A stretch of 64,000 nt of DNA from an uncultured delta proteobacterium (GCA_963727625.1 CAVSHR010000004.1:1120001-1184000), one strand, 5' to 3'. Positions 10,099 to 21,700 are shown, counted from the stretch's first letter. A program made the numbers and translations. Notes: generated from the sequence alone by a model not told the origin.

Positions 10099-11085
10099 CT
10101 ATGCTGCGGCCGGCAGGCGGCCGCGATTATGCGGCAAATCCAAAAAATCCATGCTCGGCCCGAGCGGCACGATTCCCGTGGAATTGACGTTGCGCTGGCT
10201 GTAGTAGCCCGCCTTGATCTTGTGCAGATCGAAAGTTTCGTTAATGCCCGGCCACTGATAAAGCTCGCGCAAATAATTGACTAGATTCGGACAGTCCTGC
10301 ACGCGCCGCAGATTGCACTTGAAGTGGCTGTAGTACACTAAGTCGAAACGCAGCAGCGTCGGGAACGCGCGCCAGTCCGCTTCGGTGATGCGATCGCCGG
10401 CTAAATAACGCCGCTCGCTCAACAGTTTTTCCATCATGTCGAGGCACTGAAACACCTTTTGAACCGCTTCGTCGTAGGCTTCCTGCGAGCGCGCGAAGCC
10501 GGAGCGGTAGACACCGTTGTTGAACTGGCTGTAGACGATAGCGTTGATACGATCGATCTCCGGGCGCAACGCCTCCGGGTAAAAATCATCGGCGACATCG
10601 GTGTGTGCCTGGAACGCCGAGTTGAACATGCGGATGATTTCCGACGACTCGTTATTGACGATGGCGCGCCGCTCGCGGTCCCACAGCGTCGGCACCGTCA
10701 CTTTGCCGCTGTAATCGGCATCGGCGGCGGCGTAAACTTGAGACAGGCGAAAGACGCCGTCGTCGCTGGGCTGGAAGTCATCGATCGTTTCGGAATAGGC
10801 CCAGCCTTCGGTCTTGGGCCGGTCGGCAATCGACATGGAGATCATATCTTCGAGCTTTTTTAGCTTGCGGAAAATAATCGCCCGATGCGCCCAAGGACAG
10901 TTGTAGGAAACGAAAAGATGGTAGCGCCCTGGCTCCGCCTTGAAGCCCGCGCTTCCGCTTGGCCCCGAGCTACCGTCGGCCGTGATCCAACTACGAAACT
11001 GCGAGTCGGCGCGTTGGAAATAGCCGCGCACATCGGCGGTGATGCGATCCTCGTCCACCCACTTGCCGTGCATCATATGCCCCAT
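10099..11085 (-). CDS. yqjG: Glutathionyl-hydroquinone reductase (GST omega/Xi class, YqjG/ECM4 family)
   Basis: GRYHLFVSYNCPWAHR, VTVPTLWD, IVNNESSEIIRM, NNGVYRSGFA and LRFDLVYYSHFKCN motifs. Confidence 0.93.
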   Translation of the reverse strand: MGHMMHGKWVDEDRITADVRGYFQRADSQFRSWITADGSSGPSGSAGFKAEPGRYHLFVSYNCPWAHRAIIFRKLKKLEDMISMSIADRPKTEGWAYSETIDDFQPSDDGVFRLSQVYAAADADYSGKVTVPTLWDRERRAIVNNESSEIIRMFNSAFQAHTDVADDFYPEALRPEIDRINAIVYSQFNNGVYRSGFARSQEAYDEAVQKVFQCLDMMEKLLSERRYLAGDRITEADWRAFPTLLRFDLVYYSHFKCNLRRVQDCPNLVNYLRELYQWPGINETFDLHKIKAGYYSQRNVNSTGIVPLGPSMDFLDLPHNRGRLPAAA

Positions 11086-11313
11086 CGGAGTTCTCCTTTC
11101 ACTTCAGATTGACATCTATCAGAATCCCGGCAAGCGCAAAAGCTTCGTCGAGCGCGCACGAAGTTCTCCGGCGGTGGCGTGAAAAATGAATCACGTCTGC
11201 GCCGTTCTCGGCACTCAGGACTCAGGACCGATACTGCCCCAGCAAGCGCGTTGACACTTCAGTCCGCCTTCTGCGATAAACTGCAAGAGAAAACCTCGCC
11301 AGCAGGAGTTAAA

Positions 11314-12270
11314 ATGGAAACAGTCGGTTTCATCGGTCTGGGCAACATGGGCGGACCCGTCGCCGGCCATATTCAGCGGGCGGGCTTCCCGATGGTCGTG
11401 TGCGATCTTCGCGCAGCAGCGACACAGCCGTTTCGCGAACGGGGCGCAGCGGTCATGAAATCCGCCGCGGAGGTGGCGCGGCTGTGCGATATCGTCATCA
11501 CTGCCCTGCCCATGCCGCACGATGTAGAGAGCGTCGCCCGGGGCCCCTGGGGCATTATCGATGGCATCAAAACCGGCGCTATCTACATCGACATCTCGAC
11601 CTGCCCACCGTCGCTGATTCGCGCCCTGGAACCGCTCTTTCGAGAAAAAGGCGCCCATATCCTCGACGCCCCGGTCGCCTCCGGGCAGCCCGGCGCGACG
11701 CGCGGCATTCATGAAGTGATGGTCGGCGGCGAGATCGATATTTTCCGCCGCGCCGAGCCGGTGCTGCGCGCGTTCGGCGATCAGGTGCTCTATGCCGGAC
11801 CGCTTGGTTCGGGCAGCATCTGCAAACTGGTACACCAGATGATCAACAGCACGGTTGCGCAATCGATCTCGGAAGGACTCACGCTTGGCGTGAAGGCCGG
11901 GGTCGACGTTAAAGCGCTGTGGGAGTGCGTACGCCGCGGCATGGTCGGCCGCATGCACGTGCTGCACGTTCAAGTGCCGCAGACCGTCTTTCGGAAAAAT
12001 TACGAAACGGAGACCTTCCCGCTCAAGCTCTTGCGCAAAGATGTCGGCCTGGCCACGTCGCTCGGACGCGAATTGAACGTGCCCTTGCCGCTGGCGAACC
12101 TGACGGAGCAGAGTCTCATGGAAGGATTGAACCGCGGCTGGAGCGATAAATCGGCATACACCGTCACCTTTCAGCTTCAGGAAGAAGCGGCCCAAGTTCA
12201 ATTGACAGCCGATGGAGTCGATCCGCAGCAAGCCGGAGCGTACATTTCGACGCACCCGGAAAAAGGTTAG
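11314..12270 (+). CDS. NAD(P)-dependent oxidoreductase, 3-hydroxyisobutyrate/tartronate semialdehyde reductase family
   Basis: VGFIGLGNMG, DAPVASG, GSGSICKL and KDV motifs; AGGAG RBS before ATG 11314. Confidence 0.9.
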   Translation: METVGFIGLGNMGGPVAGHIQRAGFPMVVCDLRAAATQPFRERGAAVMKSAAEVARLCDIVITALPMPHDVESVARGPWGIIDGIKTGAIYIDISTCPPSLIRALEPLFREKGAHILDAPVASGQPGATRGIHEVMVGGEIDIFRRAEPVLRAFGDQVLYAGPLGSGSICKLVHQMINSTVAQSISEGLTLGVKAGVDVKALWECVRRGMVGRMHVLHVQVPQTVFRKNYETETFPLKLLRKDVGLATSLGRELNVPLPLANLTEQSLMEGLNRGWSDKSAYTVTFQLQEEAAQVQLTADGVDPQQAGAYISTHPEKG

Positions 12271-12308
12271 TCACAAGGTCCCTGGCGATCTTTCCGATGC
12301 CTTCCTGG

Positions 12309-12344
12309 ACGGCTTGAACGATTGAAACGTTTTGAACGGCTTGA
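12309..12344. repeat. 9-bp tandem repeat, reverse-complement copy of the 6972 family
   Basis: acggcttga-acgattgaa-acgttttga-acggcttga. Confidence 0.65.
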
Positions 12345-12363
12345 ACGACTTTGGAGGTGAGGG

Positions 12364-13497
12364 ATGGCGAAAAACGGTTTCAAAGTCTTGGACAGCGACA
12401 TGCACATACTCGAACCCGCCGATCTCTGGCAGCGCTACGTCGATAAAAAATTCCAACATCGCGCGCCGGTGGGCACCACGGATCATGTAAGAGATTTGCG
12501 TTTGGTCGGACCCGACGGCAGGGCGTGGGGCCGCCCCGCCGATCTGCCACCCGGAGCACTGCCGCCGCCGGGTCATATTTTTCATAAGAACCAGAAACTT
12601 TTTAAGCCCCACAACGAGCGCGGCTGGTCACCGCAGGTCCAGCTCGACGCCATGGCCGAGGAAGGGATCGATCTGGCAATTCTCTACCCGAGCCGAGGCC
12701 TTAACGTGCTGAGCATTCCCGATCTCGAACCGGAATTTGCCGCCGCTCTGGCGCGCGCATACAACAACTGGCTCTATGAATTCTGCCGGACCGACCCAGG
12801 CAAGCTCGTCGGAGCCGGCATGATTTCACCCTTCGATATCGACGATGCCGTCGCTGAAACCCGCCGCTGCGCGGAACAGTTGGGTTTTCGCGCGATCTTC
12901 TTGCGCGCTAACGTCGTCAATGGCCACAACTGGCACGAACCCTATTACGAGCCGCTCTGGTCGACCCTCGAAGAACTCGATCTACCGCTTGGCTTTCACG
13001 AAGCGAACAACTCGGCGGGGCGCCAGGTCGGCGAACAGTTCGGTTACGATTTCATGCTGCGCCATACGTACTCGCATCCGGTCGAGCAGATGCTCGCCGT
13101 CGGCAGCTTTTGCGCCGGCGGAGTCTTGCGTCGCCATCCCAAACTGCGCGTTGCCTTTCTTGAAGGCAACTGCGGCTGGCTGCCCTTTCTGCTCTGGCGC
13201 CTCGACGAGCATTGGGAGCTCTACGGTGATCAGTGGGCGCCCGAGCAGAAGCAGCGACCGAGCCACTACTTCAAAACACAATGCTACGCGTCGGTGGAAT
13301 GCGACGAGGAGCCGGCCAAATACGCCATCGACTACCTCGGTAACGAGCGCCTGGTGTTTTCCACGGATTTTCCCCATGTCGACACCAAATATCCGAAAGC
13401 CGTCGAGCGCTTTTTGCAACTGCCGATCGGCGACGAGGACAAGCGTAGGATTCTCTGGGATAACTGCGCCAATTATTACGGCCTGGTGGGTCGGTAA
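12364..13497 (+). CDS. Amidohydrolase_2 family protein
   Basis: LDSDMH, EEGIDLAILYPS, AYNNW, GFHE, FLEGNCGW and FSTDFPH motifs. Confidence 0.9.
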   Translation: MAKNGFKVLDSDMHILEPADLWQRYVDKKFQHRAPVGTTDHVRDLRLVGPDGRAWGRPADLPPGALPPPGHIFHKNQKLFKPHNERGWSPQVQLDAMAEEGIDLAILYPSRGLNVLSIPDLEPEFAAALARAYNNWLYEFCRTDPGKLVGAGMISPFDIDDAVAETRRCAEQLGFRAIFLRANVVNGHNWHEPYYEPLWSTLEELDLPLGFHEANNSAGRQVGEQFGYDFMLRHTYSHPVEQMLAVGSFCAGGVLRRHPKLRVAFLEGNCGWLPFLLWRLDEHWELYGDQWAPEQKQRPSHYFKTQCYASVECDEEPAKYAIDYLGNERLVFSTDFPHVDTKYPKAVERFLQLPIGDEDKRRILWDNCANYYGLVGR

Positions 13498-13665
13498 CCG
13501 CCAAGAGTGAACCAACCATGCGGATGAAAACCTTGAGGATTAATTGAGCCTGCGCATGAAGAAAAGCCGTGCCGGAAAATTCTCAACATCGAAACAATTA
13601 ATTGTGGATTTCGATGTTGCCATCGGCGCGTTAACTTGCTTTGCTTTATAAGGGGAGAGAGCATC

Positions 13666-14166
13666 ATGCCAGCCGCAGGCGCCAGGCTGATTCAACTGTT
13701 CACCGTCATGCTCGCGCTCGTCGTGCCGACAAAGGCGTGGCCCGCCACCGACCAGCTCGAAGAAGTGCTCAAGGAGCAAACCAAAGCACACCAGGAACAG
13801 AAGGCTCAAGAACTTGAAGCTAAAAAACGCCTCGACAATCTGAAGCACGACCAGCAGACCAATCGGTCGCAGCAGCAGCTCGACCAAATCAAACGGGAGA
13901 AGACCGAGCCGTCACAGCCGCAGCCGCAAGCGACGCAAACCCAGCAACAGCTCGACCAACTACGCAACGACCAGCAACTGCGGCGCCTGCAAACCGACCG
14001 ACAGATCAACCGCATCGAGCGCGAGCGCGACCCGCTGCGCCGGCAACAACAGATCGAGAATTTACAGCGCCGGCAGCGGATCGATTCGCTGCAGGACCAG
14101 ATCCGTCGCAACCAAGCCCAGCAGGATCTGGATCGCTTGCGCCAGCAGCAACAAAACCTGCGTTAA
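13666..14166 (+). CDS. Secreted Gln/Arg-rich coiled-coil hypothetical protein
   Basis: Signal peptide (FTVMLALVVPTKAWPA), repeated QQQLDQ[I/L] units, GGGGAG RBS. Confidence 0.7.
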   Translation: MPAAGARLIQLFTVMLALVVPTKAWPATDQLEEVLKEQTKAHQEQKAQELEAKKRLDNLKHDQQTNRSQQQLDQIKREKTEPSQPQPQATQTQQQLDQLRNDQQLRRLQTDRQINRIERERDPLRRQQQIENLQRRQRIDSLQDQIRRNQAQQDLDRLRQQQQNLR

Positions 14167-15281
14167 CTCAATTTTTCCTTTAGCCACTGAAGTATCACCG
14201 CCTGCGAATTGCCGCCCCCCATGTGGCCGCCTGGATAGAAGCGCGCCCATTTGGGGTCGCCATGCTCGAGCAAAAGATACATGTCGGCGATGGGAAAGAC
14301 CGAATCGTTGACGCCGTTGATGCAGAGCATCGGCGCGCAAGGCTTTCTCAGCACACCCTGATCGAGCAGCGACAACTTTGGCGCGTATTCGACCCATTCA
14401 TCGCCCGTCGAACGCCCGAAAGCGCAAGCCAGTGTTTCAGCGAGCTCGAAAGGATATTCACCGCGCTGCGCCTTGAGGATCCAGTCTTTTTGAAATGCGA
14501 AGTGCGCTGGGCCGCCTTGATTGACCGCCGCACGCACGCGCGCTGCGTGGGTGTGCGCGACCTTGGTCGCCCAGTAACCGCCGGTGCTACCGCCGTGAAT
14601 GCCAACCCGGTTTAAATCGAGATCGGCGCGGCTGGCTATATAATCGAAGACGGCTTCCCACGACCGCTCGCCGTTTTCCGACCCGGCAAGCAGCGCATCC
14701 GCGACACCCGGCATGTCGATCGCGAGCGTCGCCAAACCGGCGCGCAAATAAGGATCGCTCGGCCGCTCTTCTTTGAAGGCGTCGATGCCGCCCCAGATGA
14801 CGACCACCGGAGGCTTGGCCGCGCTTTTGGGTTTACGGAGGAGACCAATGGTCGCCGTGCCCTCGCCGGCTTGTCCGTTGAACGGCATCTCGACCCGCTC
14901 CAGCGGCGGATTGAAATAGCGTGCCGCTTTGTGAAAATTGTCCTGTGATTTACGATACGCGGCGAGCTTCCCTGGGGAGTTCGGTGCCGGATATCGCGCC
15001 ACATGATGGCAGTCGTAGGCAATCAGATATTCTCTTCGCGCCGCATCGGCATCCCCCGCGGCCTCGGCTTTCGCCGCGCGCTCTTCGTGCGGCGCCGCCA
15101 GCGCGCTAAATGCCTTGGCCCACTGCTCACGGTCGACGGATTGAAGACTGTCGATTACCGGTGCGACTTCTTCAAAGATCGTGTAAAGAAAAGGATTGCG
15201 GTTCCTCTTGGCGCGCGACAGCAGCTCCTCTTTGACTTCATTCATCGGACGCGCGGCGAAAGGACTGAACGAATTTGCCAT
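14163..15281 (-). CDS. Alpha/beta hydrolase, FrsA / 2,6-dihydroxypseudooxynicotine hydrolase-like
   Basis: GGIDAFKE, IDMPG, nucleophile GGSTGG, NGVND and GGHM motifs; GGGAGG RBS. Confidence 0.85.
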   Translation of the reverse strand: MANSFSPFAARPMNEVKEELLSRAKRNRNPFLYTIFEEVAPVIDSLQSVDREQWAKAFSALAAPHEERAAKAEAAGDADAARREYLIAYDCHHVARYPAPNSPGKLAAYRKSQDNFHKAARYFNPPLERVEMPFNGQAGEGTATIGLLRKPKSAAKPPVVVIWGGIDAFKEERPSDPYLRAGLATLAIDMPGVADALLAGSENGERSWEAVFDYIASRADLDLNRVGIHGGSTGGYWATKVAHTHAARVRAAVNQGGPAHFAFQKDWILKAQRGEYPFELAETLACAFGRSTGDEWVEYAPKLSLLDQGVLRKPCAPMLCINGVNDSVFPIADMYLLLEHGDPKWARFYPGGHMGGGNSQAVILQWLKEKLS

Positions 15282-15431
15282 GGAATCGACCTCCCTAATT
15301 TTCAATCCAAGCGACGACAGGAAACCTAACCAAAGCCGGTTCGCCAAGTCAATGAGAAATTCATTGAAACAACCCTTTGGCGATTCGCGCCGGTTGACAG
15401 GAAGCAGGATTCTACAGCACTAATCCGAAGA

Positions 15432-15926
15432 ATGGCAGTGCATCAAAACAATCCGGCCGTCCTGCCGGCTGAGCGTTCCGCCGTCGCGGGAGCCCAGACG
15501 TTCCCGCCGGTCGGCGGGTCTTACGACCGCAATGTCATGGCGAGATTTTTGCCGCCGCTGCTGGCGGTAACCAACGTGATTGCCATCTGGTGGCTGCTCT
15601 ATCTCATCCAACCGCGACGGTGGCATGCTCAAGGAAACCGTGGAAAAGCGACCTGCCCTGGTGAAGGCGATTCGCAGCGCATACGCCGATGGAGTGCAGC
15701 TGATCAAGAAAGGTCAAGATGAAGATTTTTTCAAGGCCAAAGCCAAGGAGTTTTCAATCTGAGCCGCCCGCAGGAGATCGCTGCGGGCCTCAAGGTCAAC
15801 AAAGCCAACTTCGCCGACAAGTGGGGCGAAAGCTTTTTCCAGTCGCAGAATAAAATTCTTCAGTCAGGAATTTCACTGGGGTTGCTGCCCAATATCGGCG
15901 ATCTCAAGAACCTGTGGGTCAAGTAG
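15432..15926 (+). pseudogene. Collapsed ABC transporter remnant: permease-like N-terminus joined to a frameshifted SBP-like C-terminus
   Basis: FLPPLLAVTNVIAIWWLLYLIQPR (a single TM start), then MLKETVEKRPALVKAIRSAYADGV...; frameshift at the T-run 15751-15754; continues LSRPQEIAAGLK...LLPNIGDLKNLWVK*. Confidence 0.5.
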
Positions 15927-15992
15927 AAAACGCTGGGTTGCCGCGCCGTGCGGACGAAGAACTACCCGCAAATATCCGGCAGGGTCGTTAGT

Positions 15993-16676
15993 CTATCCAC
16001 GACTGTTGGATAGACCATGATGGACGCGCCGCATTCCCTCCCAGCTGACGAACAAGGTCGGATCGCTCAAGGACGGCAATTTAGCACGATTGCTGCGGCG
16101 TAAATACATTTTGACCCAGTAATCATAAAAGTATTCGAGGTCGTGCTTTGCCTGCTCCATGCGGCCTGCAGCGGTTTCATACCCGACCGTGACCCGGTTG
16201 CCGTTCAGCGAGATCCTCGCCAAAGTCGTGATGTCCCGGTTGTCCAAGTACGATCCCGCGCCGCGCAGGATCTGCGAGATGCTGTAAGGGTCGGGCATCT
16301 TGTTCGAGTCTTCGCGCTTGATTTTGCCGCGCAAGTCGAACTTTTCGATTTCATCCGGCGAGAAACATAGATCGATCCGGTTCTCGGCGCAGCTCAGCGT
16401 CGGCCGGGCGGTCGAGCCGCGCAGCAACTCCCGGACGAAGCGTAAAATAGAGAATTTCACATTTTCCGCGGAAGTCGCTCTTCCCGTGACTAGATAATTT
16501 CCGCTTCTGAGCTCGATATCGAAAGCCGAAAAACTGAACTTTTCAAGCGCCTGTCCGAGCGCCCTAAGCTCACGCGCAAAGCCGGTGAAATTACGATCCC
16601 GTTGCGCCGATCCACTGCCGGGCTTGCCTTCGTCTTGCGCTACAAATGTTTCTTCTTCGGTGATGTCCTGTTTCAT
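15993..16676 (-). CDS. Hypothetical protein
   Basis: 227 aa ORF with AGGAG RBS; possible internal repeat (RELRALGQALE / QILRGAGSYLD). Confidence 0.75.
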   Translation of the reverse strand: MKQDITEEETFVAQDEGKPGSGSAQRDRNFTGFARELRALGQALEKFSFSAFDIELRSGNYLVTGRATSAENVKFSILRFVRELLRGSTARPTLSCAENRIDLCFSPDEIEKFDLRGKIKREDSNKMPDPYSISQILRGAGSYLDNRDITTLARISLNGNRVTVGYETAAGRMEQAKHDLEYFYDYWVKMYLRRSNRAKLPSLSDPTLFVSWEGMRRVHHGLSNSRG

Positions 16677-16874
16677 GGTCTGGCTCCTAGCATTCCGCGC
16701 TGATTTTTAATTTCGCTTTCGGCAGCTCGGCGATCACCGGCAATCAGTGTTGAAGCGACTGACACAAGTGACCCGTGGCGTTCCGCCCTCCCCTCGCGAA
16801 GAGTTCGGCTTTTTCAGGCGAGTATCGAAAAGTGCCGCCTAAGTGTCTAGGCTCTACTCCTCGGCTTCAGTAGG

Positions 16875-16890
16875 AGCAACGTTGATGCCA
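16875..16890 (-). promoter_or_regulatory. Putative sigma-54 -24/-12 promoter
   Basis: Minus strand TGGCAT-CAACG-TTGCT matches TGGCAC-N5-TTGCW with exact spacing, upstream of the 16676 ORF. Confidence 0.6.
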
Positions 16891-17152
16891 GACCTAAAAG
16901 GGATAAGATTTAACATGAAATGAACGCAATGCCGCACGAAATTTGTCGTGGCTCTGACATCCGTGACAGCGTGGCAAGCCAGAAGAGGCACGCGAGCTTG
17001 CCGCGGGTCGTGCTCGGTCGCAAATGGCGCTTCGAGGGTACTCCCGGCAACTGATGACCGGAGCTGAAATGGCTACGTGCGAACGCCGCGGTGATTAACT
17101 GCGGGAAGGATTCAAAAGCTTGACTTTATCAGGCAAAACTTGACTCCCCCCG

Positions 17153-18637
17153 CTAGGCCGGGTGAGTCGCCCCCATGAGGAATCGGTCGCACTCTCTCGC
17201 GGCGCCGCGCCCTTCGTTGATTGCCCAAACCACCAAACTCTGGCCGCGCCGGCAATCGCCGGCGGCGAAGACACCCGGCGCACTCGTCGCAAACTGGTCG
17301 TAATCAGCCTTGGCATTGGAACGGGAATCGCGCTCCACCCCCAGTTGCGAGAGCACGGCATCTTCCGGCCCAAGAAAGCCCATCGCGAGCAGGACCAAAT
17401 CGGCTTGCAATATTTTCTCGGATCCCGGCACACGTTTGGGGATAAACGCGCCCTGTTCATTCTTCGCCCATTCGACATCGTAGATATGCAATTCTTTCAC
17501 TTGGCCGTCGGCGTCGCCGACAAACTTTTCTCCGGTGGTGAGATAGATTCGCGGGTCCGCGCCGAAACGGGCCGCCACTTCCTCCTGGCCATAGTCGAGC
17601 TTGTAGACCTTGGGCCACTCGGGCCAAGGGTTGTCGGGCTGCCGGGTGTCCGGCGGCCGCGGCAGGATTTCGAGCTGGGTGAGACTCTTGCACCCGTGGC
17701 GCATCGCCGTTCCGACGCAGTCGGTCCCGGTATCGCCGCCGCCGACCACGATCACATGTTTGTCATTCGCGGAAATATAATTGCCGTCATGAAGGCCGGA
17801 GTCGAGTAGGCTCTTGGTATTGGCGCGGAGAAAATCCATTGCCAGGTAAATCCCCTTGAGCTCACGCCCGGGGATCGGTAAGTCGCGCGCCTTGGTCGCA
17901 CCGGTGCACAAAACCACCGCATCAAACTCGTCTTTCAATTTCGTTGCCGGCAGATCCGCGCCGACATGAGCGTTCGTGATGAAGGTAACGCCTTCCGCCG
18001 CCATCAAATCGATGCGCCGTTGGACGATTTTCTTGTCGAGCTTCATGTTCGGAATACCGTACATGAGCAAACCACCGATACGATCGGCGCGCTCGTACAC
18101 GGTCACGAGATGGCCGGCGCGATTGAGCTGAGCGGCGCAAGCAAGCCCCGAAGGGCCCGACCCGATCACGGCGACTTTTTTTCCGGTGCGTTTTTCCGGA
18201 GGCTCCGCGGTCACCCATCCCTGAGCAAAACCATTATCGATGATCGAGCACTCGATGTTTTTGATCGTAACCGGCAACTCATTGAGGCCGAGCACGCAGG
18301 AACCTTCGCACGGTGCCGGGCAGACCCGGCCGGTAAATTCGGGGAAATTATTGGTCTTGTGCAAGCGCTGCAGGGCCTCCTGCCATAGTCCGCGATAGAT
18401 CAAGTCATTCCATTCGGGAATAAGATTATTGACCGGACAGCCGGACGCCATGCCGCTGATCACCTGCCCGGTGTGACAGAAGGGAATACCGCAGTCCATG
18501 CAGCGCGCTCCCTGCTGGCGCAATTTATCCTCGGAGAAATGCTCGTGGAACTCGTTCCAATCTTTCACCCGTTCGAGCGGCGAACGGTCCTGCGGTAACT
18601 CGCGCGCATATTCCATGAAACCCGTTGGTTTGCCCAT
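17153..18637 (-). CDS. gltD: Glutamate synthase small (beta) subunit
   Basis: [52 protein letters not shown] and [14 protein letters not shown] motifs. Confidence 0.97.
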   Translation of the reverse strand: MGKPTGFMEYARELPQDRSPLERVKDWNEFHEHFSEDKLRQQGARCMDCGIPFCHTGQVISGMASGCPVNNLIPEWNDLIYRGLWQEALQRLHKTNNFPEFTGRVCPAPCEGSCVLGLNELPVTIKNIECSIIDNGFAQGWVTAEPPEKRTGKKVAVIGSGPSGLACAAQLNRAGHLVTVYERADRIGGLLMYGIPNMKLDKKIVQRRIDLMAAEGVTFITNAHVGADLPATKLKDEFDAVVLCTGATKARDLPIPGRELKGIYLAMDFLRANTKSLLDSGLHDGNYISANDKHVIVVGGGDTGTDCVGTAMRHGCKSLTQLEILPRPPDTRQPDNPWPEWPKVYKLDYGQEEVAARFGADPRIYLTTGEKFVGDADGQVKELHIYDVEWAKNEQGAFIPKRVPGSEKILQADLVLLAMGFLGPEDAVLSQLGVERDSRSNAKADYDQFATSAPGVFAAGDCRRGQSLVVWAINEGRGAARECDRFLMGATHPA

Positions 18638-18793
18638 CTGTGGTTCTCTCCTAACAATACACAACGATCCCGCGCCGGGCTTGCCGCGTGGGATCGTCGA
18701 GTCTATGTCAGTTTTGAATTTTCGCTTCTGCGCCGCCGAGCGTGCGACGCCGAAATAGGAATTCAAAACGATCGGTCCGGCCGGCGCCGATGG

Positions 18794-21700
18794 CTAGTTG
18801 CCACTCACCCGCGCGGCGTCATTCTTGTTGGCCTCGAACGCCGCCATGAGCGCTTCATCGCCGACCAGCCCTTTGGCTTCGGCCGCCTGCAGCGCTTCGA
18901 GCACGCGGCGGTAATCCCGCGGCATGACCTTGACGAATTTCGGCGCGGTTTCCTGCCACAATGCCAACAACCGCCAAGCGCGCGCACTGCGTGTGTAGAT
19001 CGCGTGACGCTTGAGCATTTCTTCCACCTCCTGCATGTCACGCTGGTCGAGCCGTTCGAGCGCGACGGTCTCGAAGTTGCAGTGGTTCTTGAACGTGCCG
19101 TCCTCGTCCAACACATAGGCGATGCCACCGGACATACCCGCGGCAAAGTTGCGGCCGGTCTTGCCGATGACCACGAGCCGGCCGCCGGTCATATACTCGC
19201 AAGCATGATCGCCTACGCCCTCAATCACCGCGCGCACGCCGCTGTTGCGCACGCAAAAGCGTTCGCCGGCCATACCGCGTATATAGGCCTCGCCGTTGGT
19301 CGCGCCGTAAAACGCCACGTTGCCGACGATGATGTTTTCCTCCGGCACAAAGGTCGATCCTTTGGGCGGATAAAGAATGACTTTCCCGCCCGAGAGCCCC
19401 TTGCCGAAATAATCGTTGGCGTCGCCTTCAAGCTCCAGCGTCATACCCGGCGGGATGAATGCCCCGAAACTTTGCCCCGCCGAGCCTTCGAAATGAAATT
19501 GGATGGTATCTTCGGGCAACCCCTGTGGCCCGAACCGGCGCGTCACTTCGCTGCCGAGAATCGTCCCGACGACGCGATTGGTATTGCGAATGTCGAGGGT
19601 CGCCTTGACCTTTTCCTTGCGCTCCAACGCCGGCGCGGCCAAATCGAGCAGCACCTGATTGTCGAGCGCGTTCTCCAAGCCGTGATTCTGCGCAATCTGG
19701 CAATAACGTCCGACCTCAGACCCAACCTTCGGCTGGTAGAGCATCGCCGAGTAATCCAACCCCTTCGCCTTTAAATGGCTGATGACCCGGCGCATTTCGA
19801 TTTTATCCGAACGCCCGACCATTTCGTTGATGGTGCGAAAGCCGAGCTCGGCCATATGCTCGCGCATCTCCTGTGCGATGAAGCGCATGAAGTTGACCAC
19901 ATGGGCCGGATCACCGGCGAACTTCGCGCGCAATTCGGGATTCTGCGTGGCCACGCCGACCGGACAAGTATCCAAGTGGCACACCCGCATCATGATGCAA
20001 CCCAGCGTCACCAACGCGGTGGTGGCAAAGCCGAACTCTTCGGCGCCGAGCAGTGCCGCAATCACCACGTCGCGCCCGGTCTTGAGCTGGCCGTCGGTTT
20101 CCACCGCGATCCGGCTGCGCAAATTGTTCAACACCAAAGTCTGGTGCGTCTCAGCCAAACCCAATTCCCAAGGCAAGCCGGCGTGCTTGATGCTGGTTTG
20201 CGGCGATGCGCCGGTGCCGCCGTCATGACCGCTGATCAGCACTACGTCGGCATGACCCTTCGCCACGCCTGCGGCGATCGTCCCGACTCCGATCTCGGAA
20301 ACCAGCTTGACGCTGATGCGTGCGTGATGGTTGGCGTTTTTGAGGTCGTGAATCAGCTGCGCCAGATCTTCGATGGAGTAAATATCGTGGTGCGGCGGCG
20401 GCGAGATCAAGCCGACGCCGGGCGTGGAGTGGCGCACCTTGGCGATCCATGGGTAGACCTTGCGGCCGGGTAGCTCCCCGCCCTCGCCCGGTTTAGCGCC
20501 TTGGGCCATCTTGATCTGCAGCTCTTTGGCCTGGGTTAGATAGTAGCTGTTAACGCCGAAGCGGCCCGACGCCACTTGCTTGATTGCGCTGTTTTTCGAA
20601 TCGCCGTTGGGCTCAGGAATGTAGCGCGCCGGATCCTCGCCGCCTTCGCCGGTATTACTCTTGCCGCCGATTCGGTTCATCGCGACCGCGAGCGCTTCAT
20701 GCGCCTCTTTGCTGATCGACCCGTAAGACATGGCACCGGTTTTAAAACGTTTGACGATCGTTGCCACCGGCTCCACCTCCTCGATGGGAATCGGCTGGGC
20801 GGCATATTTCAAACTCATCAGGCCGCGCAACGTCGCCATGCGCTCCGACTGATCGTCGATCAACTGGGTGTACTCTTTAAAGGTTTTATAATCGTTATTC
20901 CGGCAACCCTTCTGCAGCAAATGGATCGTGCGCGGATTAAACAGATGCAGCTCGCCGTCTTTGCGGTACTGGTATTGACCGTAAACATCCAACGTATGAC
21001 CGTTCAGCGGATAGGTCGGGAAGGCGCGGGCATGCTGTTGCTGCACTTCACTCGCGAGCTCTGCCAACCCGATGCCGCCGATCCGTGACGGCGTCCAGGT
21101 GAAATATTTGTCGACTAACTCTTGTCCCAGACCGACCGCCTCAAAAATCTGCGCGCCGCAATAGGACTTGATGGTCGAGATGCCCATCTTGGCCATCACC
21201 TTGACCACCCCCTTGTAGACGGCCCTGTCATAGCCCTTGAGCGCATCGTGGTAGGTGATATTGGGCAACATTCCTTGGTGAATCATGTCGTTCAAGCATT
21301 CGTAGGCGAGGTAAGGATTGATCGCCTGGGCGCCATAGCCGAGCAACAGACAGAAATGATGAACTTCGCGCGGCTCGCCCGATTCGAGCACCAAGCCGAC
21401 CCGCGTCCGCGTCCCGATACGGATCAAATGATGATGCAGCCCCGCGGTCGCGAGCAACGCCGGAATCGCTGCATGGCTCTGGTCGACACCTTTATCGGAG
21501 AGAATCAAGATGGTCTTGCCCTCGGCGATCGCCCTATCAGCCGCCGCAAACAGATCTTCCAAAGCCTGTTCCAATCCCGCTTTTCCATCATTCGGATTAA
21601 AGAGAATGGGCAGTGTTTTGGATTTTATCCCCGGCTCGTCGACTTGGCGCAGCTTTTCCATATCCGAGTTTTTTAGAATCGGATCGGCAAGTCGCAACTG

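Noticed and set aside
6972-12344. Short repeats as a CRISPR array
   Set aside because: The units are 9 bp, contiguous and lack spacers, and no cas genes are present.
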